DNA of 64,000 nucleotides from Scenedesmus sp. PABB004 (taxonomy: Eukaryota): positions 868,001 through 932,000 of the forward strand of contig JABVCE010000013.1 of NCBI GenBank assembly GCA_014905635.1, written 5' to 3'. The notes under the pieces were generated by a model. The model saw nothing but the letters and a program-made list of their open reading frames with translations, made no database searches and had not been told where the DNA came from. A program made the translations under genes and the position numbers. This document shows positions 1-12,878 of this stretch, one piece after another (within the stretch, counting starts at the first letter, position 1; each line of letters begins with the position of its first letter).

Positions 1-2168
1 CGTCGCGTCCAAGGCCAAGCAGCCCGACGCGGCGCAGCTGCAGTCGGTGCTCGCGCCCGTGGCGGAGCCGATGATGGCCGCCGCGGAGCTCGCAGACAAC
101 CGGCGCAGCGCGGCGTTCCAGCAGCACAAGGCCGCGGCCGAGGCGCTGCAGGGGCTCAGCTGGCTCGCCTACACCGGGCCGGCCTGCGGTGAGCGCCCGC
201 CGCGCCGCCGCAGTCCTTTGCTGCCCGCCGCGCCGCCCACGCCGCGCGCCCGCCGCACTCCTCGCTGCCCGCCTCGCCGCCCACGCCGCCCACGCCGCCC
301 GCGCAGGCATGCCGCCGCCGCCGCAGCACGTGGGCGAGGCGTGGAACGCGGCCGAGTTCTTTGCCAACAAACTGCTCAAGGAGTTCCGGGGCGTGGACGA
401 GGCGCAGGTCGCGTGGGTGCGCGCGCTCAAGGTGCGGCCGCCGCGCGGGCGCGGGCGTGGCCTCGCCGCGCGCGGGCGAGGCTGCCGCTGCGCGGGCGCG
501 CGCGGACGGCGCGCCGCGCGCCCCCGCTCGCAGGAGCTGTTTGCGGGGCTGGCGGGGGTCGTGCGGGCGCACTTCCCCGGCGGGCTGCGCTGGAACCCCA
601 ACGGCTGCGCGAGCATCGCCGCCGCGCTGGCGGCCGCCGCGGGCGGCGCGCCGGCGCCGGCGCCGGCGCCGGCGCCCGCGCCCGCGGCGGCTGCCACGCG
701 CGCGCCGCCGCCGCCGCCGCCCGGCGCAAAGGCGCCGCCGCCGCCGCCCCCGCCGCCGCCGCCGGGGCTGCTGCTGCAAGAGCGGCCGGCGCGCGGCGGC
801 GCCGTGCCGGCGGCCGCCCCCGCGGCGGCGGCGGCGGCGGCATGCAGGACGTTCTCGCGGCGCTGAAGCAGGTGCGTGTGTGCCGTGCGAATGAGCACGC
901 GCGTGAGCGCCGCGCCGTGCGGCCGCCCGCCCGGCCAGCCTCGCGGCGGCTCAACGCCCGCCCGCCGCGCCCGCGTGCGCGCAGGGCGCTGGCGTGACGT
1001 CGGGGCTGCGCAAGGTGACTGATGACATGAAAAGCAAAAACAGGCCCCAGCGCAGCGGCCACGTCGGCGCGGCGCCCGCGCCGGGCGGCGCCGGCGGCGG
1101 CGCCGCGAGCGGCACACCGGCCGCGAAGCAGGCGGGGCCGCCGAGGTGCGGCGCGGCGCCTGCGCGCCGCGCGCCGCGCGCCCGCCCGCGGCGGCGCACG
1201 AGCCGGCGGCCGCGGGCGTCCGTGCGCAGGGTGGAGCTGGAGCGGGAGCGCAAGTGGGTGGTGGAGAACCACGCCGGCGCGGGGGAGCTCGTGGTCACCG
1301 TGGCCAACCCGCGGCACAGCGTCTACATTTTCAACTGCAGCGCGAGCGTCATCCAGGCGCGCCGCGCGCACCTGGACCGCGCCGCGCCGCCCGCCAGCCT
1401 CCCCACGGGCGCGGCCGCGCCCTCTCGTCCCCCTGCGCCGCATGCACGCGCCGCGCCACCCGACGGTCGGCCGCCGCCGCCGCGGCCGGCCCGCTAGGTC
1501 AAGGGCAAGTGCAACGCCATCTCCATCGACAAGTGCTCCAAGACGGGCGTCGTCTTTGACAGCGCCATCGCCTCTTGCGAGCTCGTCAACTGCAGCGGCA
1601 TGCAGGCGAGCACGCGCGCGCGCGCCGGCCAGCCGGCCCCCGCCGCCGCCGCACGGCCGCTGCCGCGGCCGCGAGAGCTGCCCTCCCCCGCTCCGCCGCC
1701 GCGCAGGTGCAGTGCACCGGGCACGTGCCGACGATCTCCATCGACAAGTGCGACGGCGTGCAGGTGCGGCGCAGCGCAGCGCCGTGTGACGCCTGCGCTC
1801 GCGCGCGTCGCCCCGGCGCGCGCGACACCCCCGCCCGTGCCGCCGCCGGCCGCCAGGCCTACATCCCCGCGGCGCTGGCGGCCAACCCTGACTTCCAGGC
1901 GCGCGCGGCGCCGCGCTGGCCCGGCGCGCCACGCGCCCGCACGTGCGCCCTCCCCCTCGCCCGCCTTCGGCCGCCCGGCTGCTCGCTCACGCGCCGCGCC
2001 CCCGGCCCGGCCTCATCGCAGGTGGTGTCGGCCAAGTCGAGCGAGCTCAACCTGCTGGTCGTCGCCGCTGACCCTGACGCCGAGGACGTGGCGGAGCACC
2101 CGCTGCCGGAGCAGTACGTGAGCAGCTTCAAAAACGGCCGCCTCGTCACCGCGCCCGCGAGCCACTGA
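1..2168 (+). CDS. CAP1: Adenylyl cyclase-associated protein (CAP/Srv2), 5'-partial; 7 introns mapped
   Basis: The spliced product has the N-terminal CAP helical motifs (LQGLSWLAY, WNAAEFFANKLLKEF), a poly-Pro tract, the WH2-like GVTSGLRKVTDDMKSKNR and C-terminal CARP repeats (KWVVEN, VKGKCNAISIDKC, VPTISIDKCDG, SAKSSELN, EHPLPEQY). Introns: 189-306, 432-533, 872-984, 1146-1229, 1357-1497 (GC), 1606-1706 (GC), 1764-1856, 1899-2021 (GC). There is an apparent 1-nt frameshift at about 815-841. Confidence 0.93.
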
Positions 2169-2366
2169 TCAGTGGCGAGCTCATGAGCTCGCTGGGCTCG
2201 GGCGGACGGGCGCAAACTGCGTGCGCCGCGCGCGAACTGGGGCGGCGGGGCACTGGGCGGCGCGGCGAGTGATCGCTGGGGTGCAACGCGCTGAGCCCGT
2301 TCAAGGAGGAGCCAGCGGTCACAGGCACCCCGCGCACAGGCTCACAGCACACACGCTTGCCGCGCG

Positions 2367-3434
2367 TCAGCAGCTGTACGCCAGCGCCGCGGCCTCCACG
2401 CACAGCAGCTCAGGGCCGCGCATGCTCGGCAGCGCCCCGGGCTGCGCGGCCGCCGCCAGACCGGCCGCCGCCGCGGCGGCCAGCGCCGCGGCGTCGCCGC
2501 CCGCGGCCGCCGCGCCGGCCGCCAGCAGCGCCTGCCGGCGCTGCTGCGCCGGCAGGCCCAGCCCAGCCAGGGCGCCGGCCGCGTCGTGTGCGCCGTCGGC
2601 GCTGCCGTCGCTGTCGCCGAGCTGCCAGGCGTGCGTGGCAAAGAGCGCCAGCATCTCCGCCGCAGCCCCAGCGGCCGCCGCCGCCCGCGCCGCCGCGGCC
2701 GCCGCGGCCGCCCGCAGCGCGCCGCCCTCGCCACCGCCGCCGCCGCCGCCCCACCAGGTGCCCCCGACGGGGTCTGAGCCCGGCAGCGCGCCCGCCCCCT
2801 TCAGCAGCATCACCAGCGGCGGCACGCGCCTGCGGCGTGCGGCGGGGCGGCGGGGCAGGGCCCCCTGCGTGAGCGCGCCCCGGCGCTGCTGCCGCGCGCG
2901 CCGCGCGCCTCGCGCCGCGCCCCCGCCGGGGGCCCCGCGCACTTCGGCGGCCAGTCCACGAGCGTGGTGGCGGCGGGGTCCTCGGGCAGGCCCGCCAGCT
3001 CCTTTGCCACCTCCACCGCGCGCGCGACGCCGCCGAGCTCATCCACCAGCCCGGCCTGCGCCGCACGGCGCGCGCGGTCAGGCACGTGTGCAGGGCGCTC
3101 CCGCCCGTGCAAACGCTGCGGGCTCGCCAAGGGCCGCGTCTAGAGCGCCGCACCTCGAGCGCCTGCGCGCCGCTCCAGACGCGGCCCTTGGCGAGCGCGC
3201 GCACGTTGTCGCGGGCCAGCCCCCGCCCGCGCGCGACGACGTCCAGGAAGCTCGCGTATGTGTTATCAATCTGACCCTCAACCTGCCAGCCGACGCAGCG
3301 GCGGCGGCGGCCAGTGCGGGCGGGCAGTGCGGGCGGCGAGCGCGGGCGATGAGTGCGCGCGGCCGAGCGCTCCGGCGGCGTGGAGAGCGGGCAAGCGCGC
3401 GCGCGGCCGAGCGCTCCGGCAGCGAGGCGAGCGG

Positions 3435-3487
<53 letters not shown>

Positions 3488-6236
3488 GACCACGGGCGCG
3501 CCTGCTGGAGCTGCTTGGGCGTGAGCTCGCGGAAGGGGCTCGCCCAGTCGGCGTTGTCGCCGCGCGTCACCGCGTCGCCCGTGACGCCGACCTGCGCGAG
3601 CGCCTCGTCCAGCTGCGGCAGGCGGCGCAGGCGGCGGCGGCGCAGGGCGTGCGTCGTGGGGCCGCGCGTCGTGGGGCCGCGCGAGGCGCACCCGCTCGCC
3701 GTGCGGCCCCGGCCCGCGCCCTGGACGGCGCACCTTGAACTTGGCAAAGATGACGCCGATGGAGCCGGTGATCGTCCCCGGCTGCGCGAGGATGCGGCTC
3801 GCTGGCGCCGAGATGTAGTAGCCGCCGCTCGCTGCGCGACGGCGGCGCGTCCAGGGTTACGCGCGCGCTTGCGCGCGCGCCGCAAGCGGGCGGCACGGGC
3901 GGCGGCGCGCGCGCCGCCACCGCGCACCCGCGACGTCACCCATGCACGCGACCACGGGCTTTCCAGCGGCGACGAGCAGCTCCACCTCGCGCGCGATCAT
4001 GTCAGACGCAACGGCCGACCCGCCCGGGCTCGACACTCGCAGCACGACCGCCTTGACCTGCGCGGCGGCGGCGGCGCGCGGGGCTCGGGGCAACGCCCGC
4101 CAGCCACCCCGCCACGCAGCCCGCGCCTGCCAGCCCGCGCACGGCCCGGGCGGGCCGGCGCCGCCGACGCCCGGCCGCGCACGCGCCTGTGGGTTCTCCC
4201 GCATGCCCCGCAGCGCGCGCACGAGCTTGTGGCTCTCGACCGACCCCTCGCCGCCCCCGGCCCCGCCGCCGCCGGCCGCGGCCTGAATGATGGGACCGAC
4301 AGCGCTCACGACCACGACGGCGGGCTTGGCGCCGCCGCCGCGCGCGCCGCCGGCGCCGCGCGGCAGCGCAAGCAGCTGCGGCAGGCCGCTCGGCGGCTCG
4401 GCGCCGCCCGCGTCGGCCGCCGACGCGCCCCCAAGCGCCCGCGCCGCGGCCGGCGGGCCGCCGGGCGCCGCCGCCCCGGCCGGCGCGGCGCCGGCGCCGG
4501 CACCGCTGCCGCTGCCGTCGCCGGCGCCGCCGCCCCAGAGCTCCGCGCGGCTCTTGGCCCACTGCGTCGCGAGGCTGAAGCGCTGCAGCGACACGCGCGG
4601 CCCCGCGAGCGCGAGCGCGCTCGGCGGCGGCGCGCCGGGCTTGGCCGCCGCGGCGCTCCGCGCCTCCGCCAGGCGGCGCTGGACGTCCTCGGGCATGCGC
4701 GCGAGCATCAGCGCCTCCACCTGGTCCCTGCGCAGCCGGCGCGGACGCGGCGGCCTCGGCACACGCGGCGGCGCTCACGGCGGCCGCGGGCGCGCGGGGC
4801 AACCACGGCAGTGGCGGCGGCAGCGCCAGCGACAGGCACGGCGGCAGCGGCGGCAAGGGGCGCCCGTGCGCGCCTGTAAAGCAGCCCGTCGACGAGCTGC
4901 GCCGCGAGCGCGCGCTGCGGCGGCAGCGGCGCGTCGGCGATGGCGGCCTCGACCGCGCCGCGCGGCAGGCGCCGCGCTGACGCGACGCCGGTGACGACGC
5001 CGTCGTAGAGCGACTGGAGCAGCGACTCGAGGTTGGCGCGGTGCGCCGCGTCAAAGCCGGTGCCTGCGCGGCGGCGGCGGCGGTGCGACGGCGACGGCGG
5101 CGGCGGGGTGCTCGCACCGCAGCGCCCGGCGCGCGCGCAGGGGCGCGCCCCCTGCCCGCCGGGGCGGCCGCGCCCGACCGACCTGTGAGTGGCGCGAGTG
5201 CGGCCTTGTACTCCTCGCGCCGGAATACCTGCGGCTGCACCTTGAGCCTGTCCAGCAGCCCCCGCACAAAGACCTGGGTCGACTCAAACCCCAGGAGCGA
5301 GAGCACCGAAGTCGGCGGCATGAACACCTGCGAGCGGCGCGCGGCGGCGGCGCGCCGCTCGCAGGGGCTCGGGGCCTGGTGGGGCTCCGACTCACCACCG
5401 CCACGCACTGGTGAGGCGCCGCCAAGCACAGCCTGCGGCCCGCACACGCGCGCACACGCACCTTGTCCGCGGCCGAGGCCAGGTAAAACACGGCCGTGCC
5501 GTTGGTGCCGCCCTCACCAAAGGCGTTGGAGTAAGCGTAGATGGGCGCGCGGCCGCGCGTGTGAAACTGCGGCGGGCCGTGGGGGAGGGGGGCCGTCGGA
5601 GCGCCGGCCGCCGCGCGCGGCGGGCGGGGCCGAGGCGCCGCGCGCTCCGCGCTCCGCGCGCGCGCACCCGGAAGTCGAGCAGCGCGTTGCGCAGCTCCTG
5701 GAGCTGCGCGAGGCCGCCAAACTGCTCCCGCCCGCCGAGCACCGCAAGCACCCCGCGCACGCGCGCGTCGCGCTTGGCGTCGCTCAGCGCGCCGACGAGC
5801 GCGGCGAGCTCGAGCTGGTGCGCCCCCGCGAGCAGCGCGAGCGGGCTGCTGCTCGCGCGCTCCACGAGCGTCTGCGTCTCCAGGTCCACCTCCAGGTAGA
5901 AGGCCGGCGGCAGGCTGACAAACTCCTGCCGGCCGAGGGTGCGGCGGCGGCGGCGTGCGCGGCGTGCTGAGGCGGCGTGCGCGGCCGCAGCGTGCTCGCG
6001 CGCTGCTGGGCAGGCGGGCCGCGCAGCCGCGTGCGCGGCGTGCGTCGCGCGCCGCCGCGTGCGCGCCGCGCCTGCCAGGCGCGGTACTTGGCGTAGAGCG
6101 CGCTGCCGGCGCTGAAGACGAAGAGCGCCGCCGCGGCGCGCCCCGCGCCGCGCCACGCGCCGCGCGCCGCCGCCCAGAGGTCGGGGCGGCCGGCCGCCGG
6201 CGCCGGCGGCGCCGGCGGCGCCGGCGCCGGGTCCAT
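2367..6236 (-). CDS. SPPA: Signal peptide peptidase SppA / protease IV (S49, two-domain), 11 introns
   Basis: Spliced motifs: LQELRNALLDFR, REEYK (catalytic Lys), RVSSPGGSAVASD, GDVAASGGYYIS (catalytic Ser), TITGSIGV, AKGRVWSGAQA, GLVDELGG. The start at MDPAP is uncertain, because an out-of-frame transit-peptide-like ATG lies at about 6425. Confidence 0.9.
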
Positions 6237-7513
6237 GGACGCTGACCGCGGGCGGACGCGGCGGCGGCGGCGGCAGCAGCGGCGGACGCGGGAGCGGCGG
6301 CAGACGCGGGAGCGGCGGCGGCGTGGGGGCGGCGGTGGAAGTGGTGAGACCCTGGCCGCACCAGTGGGACTGCGCCTGTGCTGGGAGCGGCGGGCGCGGC
6401 GGCGCAGCAGCGCCGAACCGCCATGACAGCGTTGGGACGATAGGCGCAGGCGCCGCTCGCCGCCACCAGGCCCACTCCGCACCGTCGTGCGCCTCCCGGG
6501 TTCAGGATGCCGCGCGGTCCCACGCACGCTGCGGCGCTGAGGCCAGCGGCGCGCCTGCCTGATCTGCTGCTGCTGCTCTGCGCGTGCTCCGCGCCAGCAG
6601 TCCGCCCTGCGGCGCCTCTCGCCACCCCCCGCGTCGGCTGCGTGCCCGCCCTCAGCTTCAGCGGGCACGCAGCCGACGCGGCGGGCGGCGCAGCCGCCCT
6701 GCCGGACGGCGCCACGGAGATGCACGGCGCTGTGTTGATGGAGTCCTGGTGGAGTCGTGGTGGACCAGCTTGCGCTGCATCCGGCCCCATCCACCGCAAC
6801 TCCATCAACACACAGCGCCCACGCCGGCGCAGCGGCGCTGCCGTCGTGGACGCCCTGCGCGCACCCACCCGGAGCGCTTTCCCCCATCATCAGCGGCGCG
6901 CACCGCGAGCTGCTGGTTGCTGGTGTTCGTGAGCCAGGTTGTTGGCTGCTGTCACACAGGCAGAATCCGTGGCGCAGGCCTCTGCCTCTGCGACGGCACG
7001 AACAACCTGCTGACGACCATCAACAGCCAGCAGCTCGCCGCGAGGCGCTGCTCACCGCGTGCAGCGGCCGGCCGCGGCCGCCAGCCAGCGGCCGCGCGGC
7101 CGTGGGCAGCTGGCGCGCTCGGCACGTCAGCCGCCGCTCGGGCTGGCGGGCCCGCAGGGGAGGCCTGGCCGCGCGCGCCGAGGCGACGGCCGTGCTGGCG
7201 CGCGCGGGCACGCCGCTGCTGGTCGCCGAGCGCGGCGGCACCCCATGCGCACGCCCAGACGCCTCATGGTGTGCACATGCAGCTTCTCGGCGTGCACGTG
7301 GGGCGCCGCCACGCTCGGTGACCAGGGCGCGTGCAGCTTAGCACGCGGCGCGAAGAAGCGCACGCATCCCCAGCAGCCGGCCTCGAGGAGGCCGGCTGCT
7401 GGGGCTGCATGCGCTGCTTTGTGACGCGAGCCGGCGGCCGCGCTCGCAGCTGACCCGGGGGCTCCCGGCGCTGGGGCGCTCGCCGGCCATGTGTGTGCGC
7501 GCTCACGCCGCAG

Positions 7514-7966
7514 TCGGCGGCCATACTGGCAGCGGTCGTCCGCCAGCCGCGCGCTTGCGGCGGTGAGCCGGTGCTCCATCACCCCCCGCTGAGCCGCGGC
7601 TCCATCGCCGCAAGTGCGCCGCTGGCGGCCGGCAGCTGGGCGCGCGCCGCGCCGCGCCGCGCCGCGCGCGCCTGCTGGCCCCGCGCAGACGGCGGCGGCC
7701 TCGTGGTCGTGGCAGAGCTGTACGACGGCGGTTCGCAGGGCCCCGCCACGACCACGCGGCCGCCGTCGGTGTTGGGCGGCGCCGCGTCCACGTACGCGTC
7801 GCGCGCCAACGCACCTCGGGCGGTGCGCGACACCGACGTGGACGCGGCTGCGGCGGCCTTGCTCGAGCCCCACGGGCGCATGGTCCGGGAGGGCTTGAAC
7901 GCTCTCCAGGCCTTCAAGGCCATGCGCCGGCGGGGCTCAAGCAAGGCACGCGACGCGGGGTGTTAG
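7514..7966 (+). CDS. Probable 3' exons of a small hypothetical protein
   Basis: Coding-like codon usage (LVVVAELYDGG...GLNALQAFKAMRR), a plausible in-frame GT-AG intron at 7614-7688 and a TAG stop at 7966. The 5' end was not found and no family was recognised. Confidence 0.35.
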   Translation, partial: SAAILAAVVRQPRACGGEPVLHHPPLSRGSIAASAPLAAGSWARAAPRRAARACWPRADGGGLVVVAELYDGGSQGPATTTRPPSVLGGAASTYASRANAPRAVRDTDVDAAAAALLEPHGRMVREGLNALQAFKAMRRRGSSKARDAGC

Positions 7967-8359
7967 CGGCGCGCGGCGCGGTCGTGAAGTAACAGGCCGC
8001 GCCCTGCCGCACCGGTCCCCGACCTCCCGGCCGCCACTCCACGGCCACGCCCACGCTGCGGCCAGCCCGCCGGCGGCCGTGCCGCGCGGCAGCAGCGGCC
8101 GCGCAACCGCCGCCGTCTCCCGCTGCGGCGTGCGGGGGGAGACCCCGCGCAGCCGGTCGACAGGTCCGTCGACAGGCTCTCGCGCGCTGTCGCGCTGTCG
8201 CGGGCTGGCCGGCGCGGCCTGCTGGGCTGCGCCAGCGGCGGCAGCAGCGGCAGCAGCTGCTGCTGCGCCCGCCCGCGCTGCCGACGGGCCGCGCGGTGCC
8301 GACGCCCCCGCAGGCCATGCCCGCCCTCTGAGCTGCGCGCGTCGGCAGCTTGCAGAGGC

Positions 8360-10093
8360 ATGGCAGCGCCGGCGCGGCTGCTCGCGGCGGGGCGCGGCTG
8401 CCCGCCGGAGCTGCTCGGCGCCGGCCCCGGCGGCGCGCTCGCGGGGCTGGAGATCCTGCGCCCGCTCGCGGCGTCGGCGCAGTGCTTCGTCGCGGCGGTT
8501 CGCACCCGCGCGGGCGGGCGGCTGGGCGTGGTCAAGAGCTACCGCAAGAGCGCGCTCGACGACGGCGCGCTCGCGCAGGTGGAGCTGGAGGTCAAGATAC
8601 ACGAGCAGCTCGACCGCGCGCTGCCCGGCGGCGTCGTGGGCTTCTGGGCGGCGCTCGAGGACGGGTCGCAGCTCCACATCCTCACCGCGCACGCGGCGTG
8701 CGACCTGCGCGCGGCGCTCGCCGCGCGCCGCGGCGGCGGCATGCCCGAGGCCGCCGTCGCGGCGCGCGTCGTCGCGCCGCTGCTCGCCGTGCTGGCAGCG
8801 ATGCACGCGCGGCGCTGGCTGCACCGCGACGTCAAGCCGGAGAACGTGCTGCTCCCCGACAAGGACGGCCCCGCGGTGCTGGGTGACTTTGGCCTCGCCA
8901 TTGCGCTGCCCGCCGCCGCGCGGGACAGGGCGGAGCGGGCGCAGCCGGCGCCGGGGCAGCAGACGGCGACCGCGCCCGCGGCCGGCGGGCAGCGCCCTCC
9001 GCGCAGCGGCGGCGGCAGCTGCGGCGGCGGCGGCGCCGGCGCCGGCGGGCAGCGGCCGCCGATGCTGCGCAGCAGCGCGAGCAGCGACAGGATCTGCCTC
9101 CTCGGCGGCAGCGCCGGGGGCGGCGGTGGCGACGACGACGACGCGCCGCTGCCGCCGCGCGGCCCCCGCGTGCGGCGCAGCAGCAGCTCCGGCTGCCTGC
9201 CGTATGACTGCCGCAAGCTGCCGCAGCTCACGGCGGACCAGCTGCACGCCGGCGGCACGCCCGCCTACTCGGCGCCAGAGGTCGTGCTGTCGGCGTTCCA
9301 CAACACCCCCGTGGCGGCCGCGCTCGGCCCGCAGGCGCGCCGCTCAGCACCGCGACGCGCCGCGCCCCAGGCCGCGCTCCGGGCCGCGCGCGCGGCGGCG
9401 CCGCGCGCGCGCGCGCGCGCCCGCGCCCACACGACCACACGCCCGCGCCGCGCGCAGAACGACGTGTGGTCGCTGGGCGTGCTCGCTTGGGAGTGCCTGA
9501 CCGGGCAGCACCCCTTTGGCGATCCGAGCATGAGCCCTGGGGCCTACATGTGCCGGATCGTGAGCCCCGCGCCGCTGCCCTTTGACGGCCTGGCGCGTGC
9601 CGGCGTGTCGGCCGCCGCGCGCGACTGGCTCGCGGCGGCGCTCTGCCGCGACCCCGCGCAGCGCGCGACGGCGGCGCAGCTGGCGCGCCACGCGTGGCTG
9701 GACGGCGCCGCCGCCGCCGGGGAGGAGGACGAGCAGGCGGCTGCGGCGGCGCAGCAGCCGCGCGGCGGCGGCTGCCCGGAGCAGCTCCAGCACCGGCAGC
9801 GCTCCTGCCCCGAGCCGCGACTGCAGGGCTGCACCTCGGACGACCTGCCGGGCTCCGGGCCCAGCGGCAGCGGCGCGGCGGGGCTGCACTCGCTCAGCGG
9901 CGGCAGCCCGTTTGGCGCGCCGGCGGCGGCGGCAGCGGCCGGCGACGGCGGCGGCGACGCGGGCGGCGGCGGCGGCGACGCCCCGGGCAGCCGCGAGGGC
10001 AGCGCCAGCCATTGCGGCGGCGCGCTGCGCGCCTCGCTGCAGCAGCGCAGCGGCGGCACGCTCACGTTCCCCTTGAACAGCTGGGAGGACTGA
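8360..10093 (+). CDS. Ser/Thr protein kinase (algal Aurora-like family, tentative)
   Basis: Motifs VVKSY, HRDVKPEN, DFG, GTPAYSAPE and NDVWSLG. One in-frame GC-AG intron at 9335-9457 and a long insertion in the activation loop. Confidence 0.88.
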   Translation: MAAPARLLAAGRGCPPELLGAGPGGALAGLEILRPLAASAQCFVAAVRTRAGGRLGVVKSYRKSALDDGALAQVELEVKIHEQLDRALPGGVVGFWAALEDGSQLHILTAHAACDLRAALAARRGGGMPEAAVAARVVAPLLAVLAAMHARRWLHRDVKPENVLLPDKDGPAVLGDFGLAIALPAAARDRAERAQPAPGQQTATAPAAGGQRPPRSGGGSCGGGGAGAGGQRPPMLRSSASSDRICLLGGSAGGGGGDDDDAPLPPRGPRVRRSSSSGCLPYDCRKLPQLTADQLHAGGTPAYSAPEVVLSAFHNTPVAAALGPQARRSAPRRAAPQAALRAARAAAPRARARARAHTTTRPRRAQNDVWSLGVLAWECLTGQHPFGDPSMSPGAYMCRIVSPAPLPFDGLARAGVSAAARDWLAAALCRDPAQRATAAQLARHAWLDGAAAAGEEDEQAAAAAQQPRGGGCPEQLQHRQRSCPEPRLQGCTSDDLPGSGPSGSGAAGLHSLSGGSPFGAPAAAAAAGDGGGDAGGGGGDAPGSREGSASHCGGALRASLQQRSGGTLTFPLNSWED

Positions 10094-10481
10094 CGGCGTT
10101 CCGTCCAACCGCGACAACAACGCATGACTGGGGGCGGCCATTTTCAACTGGGGCCGCGCGTGACCTTGGGTTTTGCACAGCTGGGGGCTGGGGGCGGTGC
10201 GCCACTCGGGGCAAGTGCTGCGACGACGTCAAGATCACGTGTCGCTGGGGCGTGCAGCCGGGCGGGCGATCGGGTAACTGCGCCGACTGGGGGGCGAGTT
10301 GCAATCGAACGCGCGAGGCCGCGCAGGCGTGCCGTCCGTCGCCAGCCTCGCGGCTGGCAGGGGCGCGCCCAAGAAGAAATGTGCCGAGCCCCTCCGCCAG
10401 GCACCCGCGCGCGGGCGACGCGCGCGCTGCGCGTGCTGCGCGCTGCACAGGTGATTATTGCAGCGCTGTTCGCCCGACTAC

Positions 10482-12509
10482 TTAGTTGTTGTTGCCGCAG
10501 ATGCCGATGATGGCCAGCAACCAAATGAAGAGATTCACGATATCTGCACGCGAGCAGCCGCCGGCGGCGCGGTCAGCGCGGGCACGCGGCAGCGGCAGCG
10601 GCAGCGGCGCGCGGTCGGTGCGCCGCCTGCACGGGCACGCGGCGCGCGGGCGCGGCGCGGCACGCGGCGCGGCGCAGCGCCGCCCCGCCGGCGCACCGAG
10701 GTAGATGCTGAGCGCGCCGAGGACGTACTCGTCTGGGCTGAGGCTGTAGCGCTTGCCGCCCATGACCATCTGGATGTCGTACAGCAGGTACGCGCTGAAC
10801 AGCAGGCAGGCAAAGCCCGCGATCACCAGGTACAGCACCTGACAGCCGCGCCCGCCGCGCCCGCCGCCGCGCGGGTGAGAGCGTGCGCGGGCGCGCGCCG
10901 TGCGGCGCCCGGGCCCTCCCGCGCGCGCGGCGCCTGGCCAACTGGCCGGCCAGCTGGCCGAGTGAGCTCGGCTCGCCCCTTCCAGAGCCCCCGGGCCGGC
11001 GCGGACCTTGTTGATCCAGAAGATGCCCACGAGCAGGAGGACGATGAACGCGACCATGCCGACGAGCAGGAGGCTCGTCCAGCGCGTGACGTCGAGCTTG
11101 GTGTTGATCGCAAACAGCGACAAACTCACGACCGCGACTGCGGGCGCGGTCGCGGTCGCGGTCGCGGTCGCAGGGCGGCGGGTGCGGGTGCAGCAGGGCT
11201 CGGGCCGCGGCGCCGGCGAGCCGGCGCGCCGCGCTGCATGCGCCGCGCTGCATGCGCCGCGCTGCGTGCGCCGCGTGCGCCGCGTGCGCCGCGCGCGCCG
11301 AGCCACGCCGCGCACCTGAGGTGACGAGGAAGGCGAGCATGACGGCCTCTATGTTGTAGAACGCGGTGATCATGCCGACCAGGAACGCCTGCGCAAACGT
11401 GAACGCCGCGAGCAGCACCATGTTGAGCGGGAACTGGCGCCGCGCCTTTTCGACGCAGGAGATGACGAGCAGCAGCCCAAACGCGAGGCCCCAGGCGAGG
11501 TAGAAGGGCCACGAGTGCGTGCGCACGTAGAGCTGCGCGGCGCGCGGCACGCGGCGCGGGGCGGGACGGCAACAATTTGGCCGGCGCGGGCCGGCGGGGA
11601 GCGGCCCGGCGCGGCGGCGGCGGCGCGCGGACGGCGGCGGCGGCGCGGCGGCGGCGGCGCACCTTGATCGTGGGGTTGAAGAGGCAGACGGCGGCAAACC
11701 CGACCGTGATGGCGAGCTGTATGCCGACGATGCCAAAGACCTGGCCGCGGGCGGCGCCGACGGGGGGGGGGGGGGGGGGGGCGGCGCGGCGCTCGAGCCA
11801 GCCAGCCGCGCGCGCGCCGCCCCGCCCGGCTGCTGGCGCTGCCGAGCCGGCTGCTGGCGCTGCCGCGCGCGCACCGCCGCGCTCGGCTGCTGGCGCTGCC
11901 GAGCCGGCGCCGCCGCGCCGCCCTGAGCGGGCTGGCTCGCCGCGCGGCGCTGAGCGGCGCGCACCTTGCGCACAAAGCCATTGCGCACGGCCGTCTCGGC
12001 AAAGGCCATGGCGGTGGTCATGTCGGGGTCGAGGTTGACCTGCATGCCGTTGCCAGGCCCGTACGAGCGCTGCCGCTCCGGCGGCGCCATGCCGCCCTGC
12101 GCGACGCCGAACGCGGCCGGCGGCGGCGGCGCGGCGAAGCCGCCCTGCGGGTGCGCCGCGTAGCCGCCCTGCGGGTGCCCCTGAGGCGGGTAGCCCCCGG
12201 GCGCCGCGTAGCCATAGCCGGGCGGCGGCGGCGGCTGCGCCGCCCAGCCAGCGCCGGCAGCGGGCGCGCCGCCCGGCGCGTAGCCGGCGAAGCCCTTCTC
12301 AGGATCCTGCGGAGGGTACGGGGCCCCCGAGGGACCCGCGTGCGGGCCTGCCGGGGCGCGTGCGGGTCGGGGCAGGTCGGGGGAGGGCGTGGCAGCAGCT
12401 GCTGCATGCAGCCCCTCGCCTGGCGCCCAGCGGCGCGCTCGAGCTGCGCCCGGGGAGCCAGAGAGTGAGGGCGACGTCATAGGTTCCAGCCAGCCTCACC
12501 TCCCTGCAT
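10482..12509 (-). CDS. Bax inhibitor-1/Lifeguard (TMBIM) family membrane protein, 6 GT-AG introns
   Basis: ATG CAG GGA G|GTGAGG first exon, a Pro/Gly/Tyr-rich N-terminus, VRNGFVRKVFGIVGIQL, several TM helices and the signature YDIQMVMGGKRYSLSPDEYVLGALSIYLDIVNLF. Confidence 0.93.
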
Positions 12510-12878
12510 GATGCCCCCAATCGCAGCAAAGGCACACCGGTGGTTGGCGGCGCCGCTGCTGCCGCGGCTCCTGGCCTGGATCGTACGACCGCGACGCAGC
12601 GCGGGGCTGGGCACTGGCGAGCAGGGCACGGGGGCTGGGAGGCTGGCGCAAGCGGGCGCCGCGACGGCCAGCGGCGACCGCGCGGCTTCGGCTTCGGCGG
12701 CGACGACGATTACCCGGCGGGCCGGGCGCGCGCGCCGCGCACAATCATCAGACCCGGCCCCCCGCCGCGCCCGCCGGCACGCCGCGGGGCGGCGCGGCAC
12801 ACCGCAGGGTGCGCCGCGCGCGCCCCGGGCGCGCGGCGGCCGTGGCGCGGGCGCGGGCGCGGGCGACGGCGAGCGGGC

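Noticed and set aside
6237..6425. Upstream ATG giving a transit-peptide-like extension for SppA
   Set aside because: It is out of frame with the SppA first exon as assembled. It may be another indel, but I cannot support that, so the start is left at 6236.
11762..11781. Long poly-G tracts (also at about 45355-45373 and 51053-51066)
   Set aside because: These are simple intronic or UTR homopolymers of unreliable length with no evidence of function.
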